A stretch of 64,000 nucleotides of DNA from an uncultured Verrucomicrobiota bacterium (GCA_903854475.1 CAINWP010000207.1:7111-71110); one strand, 5' to 3'; shown: positions 18,813 to 28,445, numbered from the stretch's first letter. Notes: generated by a model not told the origin, from the sequence alone. Numbers and translations are program-made.

Positions 18813-19886
18813 ATGAATTTGAGTCTGACTCCGGCGGGTTTGGGTTTTCGGATGCCGGCTGAATGGGAAGCACACTCGGGAACTTGGCTGACTTGGCCTC
18901 GTCCCGAGGGGATTAGTTTTCCGGACAAGTTTGAGACGGTTCCCGATGTGTACGCGGAGTTGATCCGGGCTCTGGTGCAGGTGGAGGCTGTTCATATTAA
19001 TGTCTGGAATGCCGAGAAGGAGAATTGGGTTCGGGGGCTCCTCTCGGATCGAAAAACTCCGATGGATCGGGTTTCATTCCACCATTTCCCGGCCTATGAG
19101 CCTTGGTGCCGGGATCATGGTCCTGTCTTTTTGGTGCGTGATTGTGCCGGGATCCGCGAGCGCGCTGTGGTGGATTGGGACTACAATGCTTGGGGCGGTA
19201 AGTACCCTCCTTACGATCTCGATGATGCGGTGCCTCGCCATGTGGCAGCGCTACGGGGTCTACCGCTCTACTCGCCAGGTATGATTCTCGAGGGAGGGTC
19301 TATTGAGGTGAATGGTGCCGGAACATTGCTGACGACTGAGGCGTGTCTGCTGAATCCGAACAGGAATCCGACATTGAATCGGAAGCAGATTGAGCAGCAG
19401 TTGCGGGATTATTTAGGGGTCCGCCATATTCTCTGGTTGGGCGATGGAATCGTGGGCGATGACACCGACGGACATATCGATGACATTGCTCGATTCACGG
19501 ACTCGCGGACCGTGGTGACTGTGGTCGAGGAGGATCCTGCTGACGCCAATTACGGTCTCCTGCAAGAGAACTTGCACCGCCTGCAGTCCATGAAGGATCA
19601 GGATGGCAACGCTCTTCGTATTGTTCCTTTGCCCATGCCGGGCGTGGTGGAATATGACGGCCAGCGTCTCCCGGCTAGCTACGCCAATTTCTATATCGCC
19701 AACCGTTGCGTGTTGGTTCCCACCTACCGGCATGCCAATGACGCTCGGGCTCTGGAGATCCTCCGTTCGTTATTACCGGGGCGTGAGGTCATTGGGATCG
19801 ATTCTACGGAATTGATCTGGGGGTTGGGCTCCTTCCACTGCATTTCCCAGCAGGAACCCGCTGGGGGGCTATTGCCGCTGGAGTGA
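18813..19886 (+). CDS. aguA: Agmatine deiminase
   Basis: FRMPAEWE, WLTWP, DWDYNAWGGKY, GGSIEVNGAGTLLTTE, DGHIDD and C-terminal GSFHCISQQ (catalytic Cys). Start taken at ATG 18813 (track GTG 18783). Confidence 0.9.
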   Translation: MNLSLTPAGLGFRMPAEWEAHSGTWLTWPRPEGISFPDKFETVPDVYAELIRALVQVEAVHINVWNAEKENWVRGLLSDRKTPMDRVSFHHFPAYEPWCRDHGPVFLVRDCAGIRERAVVDWDYNAWGGKYPPYDLDDAVPRHVAALRGLPLYSPGMILEGGSIEVNGAGTLLTTEACLLNPNRNPTLNRKQIEQQLRDYLGVRHILWLGDGIVGDDTDGHIDDIARFTDSRTVVTVVEEDPADANYGLLQENLHRLQSMKDQDGNALRIVPLPMPGVVEYDGQRLPASYANFYIANRCVLVPTYRHANDARALEILRSLLPGREVIGIDSTELIWGLGSFHCISQQEPAGGLLPLE

Positions 19887-20029
19887 GTATTCTTTGATGC
19901 GGATGAAGCTCGTCGGTAGCGATGAGCTGGATCCTTCAGCCTCGGGAACCGTTTTTGTTGGCACCCGGTGGCGCCTCACTCCCGGTTGTCGCGATTGACC
20001 CGCGGCCAACCAGAGCTCTTCAATGAGGG

Positions 20030-21280
20030 ATGCGTTCCAGTGCGGAAGGATGCCGATGGATTTTGATCCTCTTGGCGGGGGCTCTTCGCGTTTCGGCGGT
20101 GTATTTTCCACCGCCCGATGCCGAGGGCGGCTGGCGATGTGCCACCAATGGTCAGTCCGTGATTCGTCGTCGCGCAGGCCTGGATGCCCGTCGGCTGGAT
20201 CACGCTTGGGAGTACAACCAGCGCTGTTCCCAGAACGCCGGGCTCTTGGTTGTTCGTCACGGTTGGCTGGCCTTCGAACGTTATGTTGGACGGGCTAATC
20301 GGGAGGCACGTCCGGACATGGCTTCGACAGGCAAGGCTTACACCAGCATCGCCTGCGGAATGCTCCTTGAAGAATTTTCCGACCGATTTCCCACGGGTCT
20401 CGAAACTCGTGTGTTTACTCCGGAGTTCCTACCGGAGGCGTTTTCAACGGAGGGTCGTTTGGATGATCCCCGTCGCGCGGATATCACTCTCGGTCATTTG
20501 TTGTGTATGAGCGGGGGCTATACGGGGGAGGGAGGGGCTCCGACAGCGGTGGTCATGGGGCGATCGTTTCCCTTAAAATCCGTCCCGGGACAAGACCTTC
20601 GGGATTTGGACGGATCCTCGCTCCGCTGCGCGATGTGGACCAACGCAGGCGGCGGTTACTCCTACTCGTCCCCTGAGCCGCACATCGCCTCCATGGTGCT
20701 GCGGCGGGTCAGTGGCATGGATTTGAGGGAGTACATCGATGTGCGCTTGGCGAAGCCTATGGGATGGGGTGCCTGGAACTACTGCCTCTACCGCGGTGGC
20801 ATCACGCTGCCCCATGCCAATGGCGCGGGCAGCATCGCGGTGGCTGCTACCGATGCCCTGCGTTTTGGCTATTGTTTGTTGCAGAACGGACGTTGGGGCC
20901 GCCGGCAATTGGTGCCATCCAGCTACATTGCTCAATGCCGCCAGATGTCCCGGTTCAATCCGCACAGCCCGTACAGCTTGATGTTCGAACACAATGCCGA
21001 TGGGCATGTCGCCGGTGCTCCCAGGGATGCTTTCTGGAAGTCGGGAGCTGGTGGCTTCGCTCTCATTGTTGTGCCCTCGCTCGATTTGGTGATCTACAAG
21101 ATGGGCGGAAATCACGGGCAATATGATCCGGCGCTAACCCGGGTTCCGCAGCCTCCCGGTGGCAATGAACGGGATGATTGGAAGCCTCTTCAAAGCACTC
21201 CGTTCCAGGAGTCCAGCAATGGCGGGGACGGCGGCATTCGGCGTGTCTTGGAAATGGTCTGCGCCGCGACGGTGGATTAA
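20030..21280 (+). CDS. Serine hydrolase, beta-lactamase/transpeptidase-like family
   Basis: SxxK motif in MASTGKAYTS, a signal-like N-terminus and a YSYS region typical of class C-like esterases. Confidence 0.75.
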   Translation: MRSSAEGCRWILILLAGALRVSAVYFPPPDAEGGWRCATNGQSVIRRRAGLDARRLDHAWEYNQRCSQNAGLLVVRHGWLAFERYVGRANREARPDMASTGKAYTSIACGMLLEEFSDRFPTGLETRVFTPEFLPEAFSTEGRLDDPRRADITLGHLLCMSGGYTGEGGAPTAVVMGRSFPLKSVPGQDLRDLDGSSLRCAMWTNAGGGYSYSSPEPHIASMVLRRVSGMDLREYIDVRLAKPMGWGAWNYCLYRGGITLPHANGAGSIAVAATDALRFGYCLLQNGRWGRRQLVPSSYIAQCRQMSRFNPHSPYSLMFEHNADGHVAGAPRDAFWKSGAGGFALIVVPSLDLVIYKMGGNHGQYDPALTRVPQPPGGNERDDWKPLQSTPFQESSNGGDGGIRRVLEMVCAATVD

Positions 21281-21506
21281 TGCCTGGGGACTGCATTAGG
21301 CCTTGTTCGGCGTGCTATGGCTGGATCGGTTGCGTCAAGTGCTGCGGACCAGATGGGTTTTCTCTGAGGAGAATTGTGCCCTTCGTTGGGCACACACTGT
21401 GGAATGCCCCAACGCGCTCGGAGGTCTCGGCGGCCGCTCAACCGGTATCTTGCGGGAGAGTCGCTGCGACCCCGTTGACGAGCGACCGAAGCGAGTGGAT
21501 CCAGAT

Positions 21507-21863
21507 TCAGCGACGCGGAGCGCTGCGTGACACTGTCGAGGCTGGGTAAGCCGGGTATGCCGGGTATGCCGGCACCGCAGACCGCTGGAGCAGTGGGGTC
21601 GTGGCGACGAATCCGGGGCGAACCATCGGAGCGGGCATCGATGCAATGCCTCGGTTTGCTGGAGCGCTGTTTGGGGACGCACCGGGCACTATGGCCAATG
21701 CCGGGTTTACCGGATTCAATGGCACTCCACCCGCCGCAAAGAATTGTGATGCTGTCTGACCGTGGACCACAGTCGCAGTGCGTCGAGTGACGCCGCGGAT
21801 TCCTTGAGCCACTGTCACGGAGGCAGCGCAATAAGACAGAGCCATCCAGCAAAGAACTCGCAT
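21507..21863 (-). CDS. Hypothetical small secreted Pro/Ala-rich protein with PAY tandem motif
   Basis: Plausible signal peptide MRVLCWMALSYCAASVTVAQG. C-terminal PAYPAYPAYPA is encoded by a ccgggtatg tandem. Three frames are open here, so coding status is uncertain. Confidence 0.3.
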   Translation of the reverse strand: MRVLCWMALSYCAASVTVAQGIRGVTRRTATVVHGQTASQFFAAGGVPLNPVNPALAIVPGASPNSAPANRGIASMPAPMVRPGFVATTPLLQRSAVPAYPAYPAYPASTVSRSAPRR

Positions 21864-21987
21864 GTCCGTTGGCTACGCTCCAACGGCTGGAATGCAAGGA
21901 TTTTTATCCTCCCTGGACGTGTCATTGACTCTCCGCTGCTCGGACCCTGAACCATGCAGCCTGAAGCCGAGGTTCGGATTGTGATAT

Positions 21988-23223
21988 TCAGGGCAGCAAT
22001 CGGCGGACGGCGTCGAAGACTTCTTTCACGGGCACCCCGGCCATGGCTGCGACCCCTTTGCACGATTCGTACTCGGGTGCTGCCTGGACCACCTTGCCAT
22101 TGAGCAATCCTCGTTTGACCTGGACGGTTCCGAACGGCGTTTTCACCGCGATGTGGTCGCGTTGCAATTTGCGACGTTGAGCCAGGGTTCGTCGGACGCC
22201 GAATGCCGAAGTTTCCAGCAGCAGGAACTCGGTGAATGAGTCGGCGTCGTCGGGTTCACACAGCAGGGTCAGGAGGATCCCAGGTCGACCCTTCTTCATC
22301 TGAATCGGTGTGTGGAAGGCATCGAGCGCTCCGAGCCTCAGGGCTTTGTCTAACACGTGCCCGAGGATCTCCCCGGAAATGTCATCCAAGTTGGTCTCTA
22401 AAACGGCCACCTGGTCGGTCAACCAATCGTGCGTCGGAGAACCGTCAGTGCTTTCGCTCAGGATGGCCCTCAAGACATTGGGCCGGGTCTTGTTGTTGCG
22501 GGTCCCCAGTCCGTACCCGATGCGTTGGGCCTTGAGCGATTCCATGGGGCCGAAGGATTCCACAAACTCTGCCAAGAGGGCGGCTCCGGTAGGAGTAACC
22601 AATTCATGGGGTTCTTCGCACTGGGTCACTCCGATACCCCGCGCTCCGAGTATTTCCAGAGTCGCCGTGGTGGGGATGGGAAATCGCCCATGGGCGCAGT
22701 TCACAAAGCCGGTGCCTTCGACGACCAGGGCGCTGGTGACGCGGGGATGGCCCAGCAGTTCGAGACAGATCGCGGCCCCGACGATGTCGATGATGGAATC
22801 CACTGCTCCCACTTCATGGAAATGGACCGATTCAGGCGGCAGTCCGTGTACCTTGCCCTCGGCCACAGCGACGCGGTGAAACACGGCTATCGATCTAGAT
22901 TTGACCCAGTCGGACAAAGTACTGCCTTCGATCATCCCACGGATCAATGCAAAGGTGCGGTCCTCCCTATGGCTGTGCCCATGCTCGTGCCCATGTTCGT
23001 GCCCATGTTCGTGCCCACAGGCTTCGCCCTCGAGGTGGACGTCGAACTTTACTCCCTCGATCGACGACTTGTGTTTCCGGGCGGCATGGAGGTGGTACCC
23101 ACCGAGGCCGAGTTTGCGGAGTTCTCGGTCGAGATCTCGGAATTCCACGCCGAGGTCGAGCATGGCTCCGATGAACATGTCACCACTGATTCCGCTGAAA
23201 ATGTCCAGATACAGGCTGTGCAT
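21988..23223 (-). CDS. larC: LarC-family nickel insertion protein (nickel-pincer cofactor biosynthesis)
   Basis: MHSLYLDIFSGISGDMFIGAMLDLG is the DUF111/LarC N-terminus. His-rich tract CGHEHGHEHGHEHGHSH; C-terminal domain present. Start at ATG 23223 (track 23265). Confidence 0.9.
   Translation of the reverse strand: MHSLYLDIFSGISGDMFIGAMLDLGVEFRDLDRELRKLGLGGYHLHAARKHKSSIEGVKFDVHLEGEACGHEHGHEHGHEHGHSHREDRTFALIRGMIEGSTLSDWVKSRSIAVFHRVAVAEGKVHGLPPESVHFHEVGAVDSIIDIVGAAICLELLGHPRVTSALVVEGTGFVNCAHGRFPIPTTATLEILGARGIGVTQCEEPHELVTPTGAALLAEFVESFGPMESLKAQRIGYGLGTRNNKTRPNVLRAILSESTDGSPTHDWLTDQVAVLETNLDDISGEILGHVLDKALRLGALDAFHTPIQMKKGRPGILLTLLCEPDDADSFTEFLLLETSAFGVRRTLAQRRKLQRDHIAVKTPFGTVQVKRGLLNGKVVQAAPEYESCKGVAAMAGVPVKEVFDAVRRLLP
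22975..23018. repeat. 12-bp tandem repeat (about 3.7 copies) encoding the LarC (GHEH)n tract
   Basis: gtgcccatgctc / gtgcccatgttc / gtgcccatgttc / gtgcccac read directly. Confidence 0.9.
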
Positions 23224-23312
23224 CGCGAGGCGATGCTGCCTGTTGAACCGTCCAGAATCAGGCAATAAAACGAGAAGAAGTGGGTGGGATTTAGCCAGTG
23301 AACGCGGAGCGG

Positions 23313-23909
23313 CTATTTCGTCGGACCGCCGGCCGCACCCATTGAGGCGAAGAGTTGCCGGCGTTCTGAAACTGAGACTTCACGCCACTGGCCCGAAGGC
23401 AAGGGCCCGAGCTCGAACGAGCCAATGCTCACCCGAACCAGCCGCAAGGTGGGATGACCCACGGCCGCGGTCATTCTGCGCACCTGACGGTTTTTGCCTT
23501 CGCTCAGTTCGAGGGCAATCCAACAATCCGGCACCGTTTTTCGAAATCGGATCGGTGGATTTCTGGGAGCCAAGTCCGGTTGGGGATCTAGCCTCTTGGC
23601 ACGCGCCGGTCGGGTGTGGTGGCCTTGGATCAATAGACCGTTCTCCAAGGCCCGGAGAGCGGCGTCCTCGGGGATTCTCTCGACTTGCACCCAGTAAGTT
23701 CGCCGATGCCCCGCTTCGGGATCCAAGAGTTGATGATTCAGTCCCGTTTCGTCACTGAGTAGCAGGAGCCCCTCCGAGTCGGCATCCAACCGTCCCAATG
23801 GATAAACCCTCGGTGGAAAACCAAACTCCGCCAGCGTTCGATTGGGTGAACCGTCGGCGGTGAACTGCGACAACACCCCGTAGGGCTTGTTGAAGACGAT
23901 GAGGCTCAA
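23313..23909 (-). CDS. rluE: 23S rRNA pseudouridine synthase RluE-like (RsuA family)
   Basis: IVFNKPYGVLSQFT, GRLDADSEGLLLLS, PRNPPIR and GKNRQVRRMTAAVGHPTLRLVR parallel E. coli RluE block by block. Confidence 0.9.
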   Translation of the reverse strand: MSLIVFNKPYGVLSQFTADGSPNRTLAEFGFPPRVYPLGRLDADSEGLLLLSDETGLNHQLLDPEAGHRRTYWVQVERIPEDAALRALENGLLIQGHHTRPARAKRLDPQPDLAPRNPPIRFRKTVPDCWIALELSEGKNRQVRRMTAAVGHPTLRLVRVSIGSFELGPLPSGQWREVSVSERRQLFASMGAAGGPTK

Positions 23910-24808
23910 GGGCGCCTCCAGCCTCCCTCGTTCTTGTTGCGCCCGGTGATCCAGTTCTTAATCCACATCACGGCTCCCACCACCGCTGCGGCCACAACTT
24001 TCCAGGCCTTCTTGATGAACAAGATGAGCGGAGCGAAGAGACCAAATTTGGCGGCTGCGGCAGCAGCCCCCCCGAGAACTAGGGCACCGAGTCCATACTG
24101 AGCAATACGGTCGCCCTGGCGGTATTCGGCATAGGATTCGCCGCCGCTGTATTGATGACTGCGAAGGATTTCTCGGAACAGCGGCAGCGTGGCGTCCACA
24201 TGGGTGCGGTCTTCAATGAGGGTGACTTTGGTGACGCCCTTGCGTCCTAAGAGGCGGACGTTGTAGTTCACAAACTTCTCGCCGCCGCTTTCTGCCTCCA
24301 CGCTCCATTCCAGATTCTTGGTAATGTCATTGTAGTTGGGGGCCACGTGCCAGCCAACGATGCGAATCGGTGGAGTGCCCCGCTCTTGGCGGGCTTCGTT
24401 CATCGATTCGGAGCCTTGTCTGTAAGATGCGATGAGTTTGTCGGCATCGAGTTCTTTTTTCTCATCATCCTTCACATAGCCGATCTCCTCGAACTCCAAA
24501 ATCACCCACCACTCGTCCTGAGTGTGCATCAGGAGGCCGGTTTCTTGACCGCTGGGTCGGTTGTCGGTCTTCTTCAAGAATTCCTGAGCCCCCTTTGCCT
24601 CAAGGAATCGAAAGCCTTTGGGAATCTTCAACGTGGCGCGTCCGGCCAAACTCACGTTGGTCGGTCCCTGGATCCATGACAGACGATCCATGGGTGAGTC
24701 CTTGCCCATGGACAATTTCTCGCCTTTTTCTTCGGCTCGAAGTGACAGGCAGAACAGGCAGAGAACCATCCAATGAATGGATCGCCGGAGGAAGGGTTGC
24801 AGATTCAT
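23906..24808 (-). CDS. DUF2167-family membrane-anchored protein
   Basis: Signal peptide, then WIQGP...A.L.IP.GFRFL...WHV.P.Y......LEWS blocks and C-terminal TM helices, as in DUF2167. Start at ATG 24808 (track 24880). Confidence 0.65.
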   Translation of the reverse strand: MNLQPFLRRSIHWMVLCLFCLSLRAEEKGEKLSMGKDSPMDRLSWIQGPTNVSLAGRATLKIPKGFRFLEAKGAQEFLKKTDNRPSGQETGLLMHTQDEWWVILEFEEIGYVKDDEKKELDADKLIASYRQGSESMNEARQERGTPPIRIVGWHVAPNYNDITKNLEWSVEAESGGEKFVNYNVRLLGRKGVTKVTLIEDRTHVDATLPLFREILRSHQYSGGESYAEYRQGDRIAQYGLGALVLGGAAAAAAKFGLFAPLILFIKKAWKVVAAAVVGAVMWIKNWITGRNKNEGGWRRP

Positions 24809-24861
24809 CAAGGTGGAGTCGGAACGATGAGGTAAATCGGAATCCAAGAGACAGAGAGTAT

Positions 24862-25101
24862 TCAGGGGTGGCAGGCACAAGATCCGCCGCAGGACTGGGA
24901 GGCGGGAACGCCGCCGGCTTCACTTTCGCCGCCGACTTCGCCCTTCAGCATCAGGTATCCTCCCGAGATGACCCTTCGGACCGGTTTGCCGGATTCAGGA
25001 TCGCGGGTCAGAGCGGTGTCGTTCATGGACTGCTTCACCTCGAAGCGTCGCACCGCTTCGTCAGGCACTGTTGGAATGGTCTCATACTGATAGAGAGGCA
25101 T
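24862..25101 (-). CDS. FmdB-family-like small protein lacking the CxxC zinc-ribbon cysteines, with a Cys-rich tail
   Basis: MPLYQYE....FEVKQSMND..L......G.PVRRVIS aligns by eye to the FmdB MP.YEY.C..CG..FE..QSM.D....CP.CG...RR.IS pattern. C-terminus is SCGGSCACHP. Confidence 0.45.
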   Translation of the reverse strand: MPLYQYETIPTVPDEAVRRFEVKQSMNDTALTRDPESGKPVRRVISGGYLMLKGEVGGESEAGGVPASQSCGGSCACHP

Positions 25102-25229
25102 GGCAGATGGAAATTGAGCGCAAGACGGGCCTGAGGGCAACCCGAAGAGAGGAATTGCCAAGATTCAAGTGCGGATACCGTATCGAATATTCGGACACGT
25201 CGAGAGTAGTCCGTTGTAGAAGGGTTGCT

Positions 25230-26657
25230 TCAGGCTTCGGCATTACCTAGTTCGGGCAAGGCATTCGTGCTGTCGGCGAAACGCTCCGCGCGGACTCCCA
25301 TGCGACGCATCAATCCCAAGTGCAGGTTGGCCATGGGGCTATCCTTGGAGAACACCAGATGCCGGCCCGGATTGAGGGTTCCGCCGCCCCGTCCAGCCAA
25401 TACCAAGGGCAGATTCCGCGGATTGTGGCCATTTCCATCGCGCATGCCGGCTCCGAACAAAATCATGGATTGGTCGAGCACCGAACCGGTGCCTTCTTTC
25501 ATGGAACGTAAACGATCCAGGAAGTATGCATATTGTTCGATATGCCATCGGGTGATGCGTTCGTAGGGAGCGAGCTTCTCCGGGCGGTTTTCGTGGTGGC
25601 TGTACTCGTGGTGACCGCCGTTGACCCCGTCCAGGAAGGAGAAGTTTCGACCAGACACGGCATTGCCGAACATGAAGGTGCTGACCCGGGTGGAGTCGGT
25701 CCAGAAGGCCAGTGCCATGATGTCGAGCATCAGGCGAACCTGCTCAGTGTGGTCAATGCCCCGTTGGCTGGCTTGAGCCGGATCGGAGTACACATCGATG
25801 CGCTGACCTAAGCGTTGGATCTCGGCCCGTGCGGCGGGGTCTTCCAGGTAATCGCCCATCGCGCGGCGTTTGGCCCAATCAATCCGATGTTCTACCGATC
25901 GGACGCTCTCGAAGTATTCCGTGAGCTTTTGCTGGTCTGCCTTGCCTAGCTGTCGCTTCAACCGCTGCGCGTCGCCGGCGACGAGGTCCAAGACGCTGGA
26001 GTTGTCTCCAAAGCGGGAGGCGGGCAATCCGCTGGCGGTGCGGAAGAGTCGGTCAAAGGCCCGACGCGGATTGATCTCCTTAGCGCAGGGAGTCGTCGGA
26101 GTTGCCCAACTGATATGTGATCCGTAGAGGCGAGTGAAACCGACATTGGTATCAACACCGGTGGTGATGGGTTCGATGCCCAGTTCCAGCGAAGGCAAGG
26201 GAGTGAGGTGGCCGACCTGCCGGGCCATCCATTGATCCATCGAGGTGTTGCCGGAGCACAGGTCTGCGCCGGTGGTCCGGGTGATGGTGGTGCTGGTGAG
26301 AAACCCGCCGGTTTTGACGTAATGGCCGTCACCGGTGTTGGTGGCTGCATTCCACAATTGGGTCAGGATGAGCAATTCGGACTGATGGGCTTGAAGCGGA
26401 GACAGAATGGGCGACAACTGGAACGTCGAGCCCTCGCCCTCGGGAGTCCAACGATCGGGTCGTGTACCATTGGGCATGTACAGGCAGGCAAAACGTCGTG
26501 GTTTGACGCCCGCGCCCGCCTCAGTTGGGGAGGATGTCTGGGTGGCAGCCATGGCCTCCAACCAAGGCAACGACATGGCGGCACCCATTCCGCGGAGAAG
26601 GGTCCTGCGAGACAACGTTCCGAACGGCATGGCGTGGAGTGTACGGTTAGAGTTCAA
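25230..26657 (-). CDS. DUF1552 domain-containing protein (Tat signal)
   Basis: SRRTLLRGMGAAMSLPWLEAM Tat-like N-terminus. Length and blocks (GDGHY, WTDSTRV, GGHHEYSHH, LPLVLAG) are typical of the PVC DUF1552 family. Confidence 0.75.
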   Translation of the reverse strand: MNSNRTLHAMPFGTLSRRTLLRGMGAAMSLPWLEAMAATQTSSPTEAGAGVKPRRFACLYMPNGTRPDRWTPEGEGSTFQLSPILSPLQAHQSELLILTQLWNAATNTGDGHYVKTGGFLTSTTITRTTGADLCSGNTSMDQWMARQVGHLTPLPSLELGIEPITTGVDTNVGFTRLYGSHISWATPTTPCAKEINPRRAFDRLFRTASGLPASRFGDNSSVLDLVAGDAQRLKRQLGKADQQKLTEYFESVRSVEHRIDWAKRRAMGDYLEDPAARAEIQRLGQRIDVYSDPAQASQRGIDHTEQVRLMLDIMALAFWTDSTRVSTFMFGNAVSGRNFSFLDGVNGGHHEYSHHENRPEKLAPYERITRWHIEQYAYFLDRLRSMKEGTGSVLDQSMILFGAGMRDGNGHNPRNLPLVLAGRGGGTLNPGRHLVFSKDSPMANLHLGLMRRMGVRAERFADSTNALPELGNAEA

Positions 26658-26753
26658 CGGGCGAAAGTCATGTTGATGCCTCGGCGTTTGCGACCCGCTG
26701 AAAGGTGGGTTATGGGAAAGCCGACTCGTTGCTGGAATTGTTCGAATAGGATC

Positions 26754-27545
26754 TTAAAAACTATAGGAAATTCCAGCCATGAGGCGCAGGTCATTGCCAC
26801 GGCGACCCGGAGCCGGAATCGAGCGGTAAAAATCTTGGAATGTGATGTTGGCACTGGCCTTGTCGGTGATCTTGGTTGATAACCCCAGACTGAAGTTCAT
26901 TACAAAATTTCCAAAATCGGCCACCTGCGGTAGGTATTCCATGCTCTGGATAACGGAGGCGCGATCGTTGATCTTCCACTGCACCTCCTCGGCTAAACGC
27001 AGCGTCAGGTAGTTGGCGGTTCCGGCTCCCTTGAGGTTCTCGAAAATGAAGGCGGGACCGTTTTCTAGTTTTAACTTCAACCGGTCGTTCTTGATGGCGT
27101 AGTAACCAAAGGCAGGGGCCACAGTGGCGCGGTAGTCGATGAATGCGATCCGATCTTGGCGGGCATCGGACCGGAGACCCAAGTAAACGCGATCGGACAG
27201 CATGCGGTTGTACTGGGCATATAGGCCGTAGTTTTGGGCAGTGGTTGTTTCCTTGCGTGTGGTCGGATCGCTGTTGCTGCCATAAGTCGCATCGACCCCC
27301 AGAGCGATCTCATTCTTGTCCCATTTCCGGAGCGAATTGAGGGCGGCACCCACGAGCAGAGTGTCTGCATTGCCTCGAGAAACTGCTGCATTCATCGATG
27401 CGGTGATATGCCAGGGACTGGGAGGCTTAGGGAGGGCGGCGGGGGGATTTTTCGCCGCGGGAGCGTTGGTCGATACTTCGGCCGCCATTGTCGACACGGT
27501 GGCAATGCTCATGGCGAGGCAGATGCTCGGAAATTGATGATTCAT
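26754..27545 (-). CDS. DUF481-family outer-membrane beta-barrel protein
   Basis: Signal peptide; alternating beta-strand pattern; C-terminal aromatic residue (SYSF); YNRMLSDRVYLGL...DRIAFIDYR blocks. Confidence 0.65.
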   Translation of the reverse strand: MNHQFPSICLAMSIATVSTMAAEVSTNAPAAKNPPAALPKPPSPWHITASMNAAVSRGNADTLLVGAALNSLRKWDKNEIALGVDATYGSNSDPTTRKETTTAQNYGLYAQYNRMLSDRVYLGLRSDARQDRIAFIDYRATVAPAFGYYAIKNDRLKLKLENGPAFIFENLKGAGTANYLTLRLAEEVQWKINDRASVIQSMEYLPQVADFGNFVMNFSLGLSTKITDKASANITFQDFYRSIPAPGRRGNDLRLMAGISYSF

Positions 27546-27683
27546 AGGACAACGCTGTAACAACTCTAAGTAACGACTGGGTTCAGACAATGGGTAACCG
27601 ATGTGAATTCGAGGGAAGTTCGAGTTTCATTGCTTTCAGGGCTTGTCTTTGCCCCCCATTCCCGTCATGTCCGGTGCCACACG

Positions 27684-28445
27684 ATGGAGCTCAAACTTGT
27701 TCTGGAATCCTTACTGTTCGCTGCCCAGAAGCCCCTTTCGCCCATGGAGTTAAGGGACATACTGAATCGTGCCGCGCAGGAGGAAAGCGCTATCGAACCC
27801 GTGCGCGCACTGCTCAAGCTTGACCTAGACCGTATCTTGGAGGGACTCAAGATCTTAGAGGAAGATCATCGGGTTGCGCAGCGCAGTTATCGATTGGTGT
27901 GCGTGGCTGGGGCCTGGCAGTTCGTCAATGAACCAGACTACGGGCCGTGGCTCAGAGCCTTTCTGGGTGTGAAGAACCGTCCGTCGCGCCTGAGCCAACC
28001 CGCGTTGGAGACTTTGGCGATCGTCGCCTACCGACAACCGATTACCCGGGCGGAGATGGAGCAGATACGGGGTGTTGCGGTCGACGGCGTTCTTTCCAGC
28101 CTCGTTGAGCGAGGGCTTATCGAGCAGACGGGGCGAGCTGAAGTCGTCGGTCGACCGATGCAGTATGGCACCACGGCGACCTTCCTTGAGTATTTCGGAC
28201 TAGCGGCGCTGGAGGGCCTCCCAGACGCTTCAGAACTACGGCGGATACCCGTTCACCGCCCGGAGTCGCTCTTGACGGTGGATCCTGGTCTGGCGACGGC
28301 CCCGGAATCCCCTAAATTGGAAGAAGCCTCTCCTGAGACTCTGGCTCTCGCACTAGATGGGCCGTTATCCGACGAAACGGTTCTCTCCGATTTGAGCTCG
28401 GTGGATCCGGCGCCTCCTGCAGCAGACATCAGCGGTGGCGTTTAG
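27684..28445 (+). CDS. scpB: Segregation and condensation protein B
   Basis: LESLLFAAQKPLSPMEL, LSQPALETLAIVAYRQPITRAEMEQIRGV and GRPMQYGTT motifs. Start at ATG 27684 (track 27603). Confidence 0.9.
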   Translation: MELKLVLESLLFAAQKPLSPMELRDILNRAAQEESAIEPVRALLKLDLDRILEGLKILEEDHRVAQRSYRLVCVAGAWQFVNEPDYGPWLRAFLGVKNRPSRLSQPALETLAIVAYRQPITRAEMEQIRGVAVDGVLSSLVERGLIEQTGRAEVVGRPMQYGTTATFLEYFGLAALEGLPDASELRRIPVHRPESLLTVDPGLATAPESPKLEEASPETLALALDGPLSDETVLSDLSSVDPAPPAADISGGV

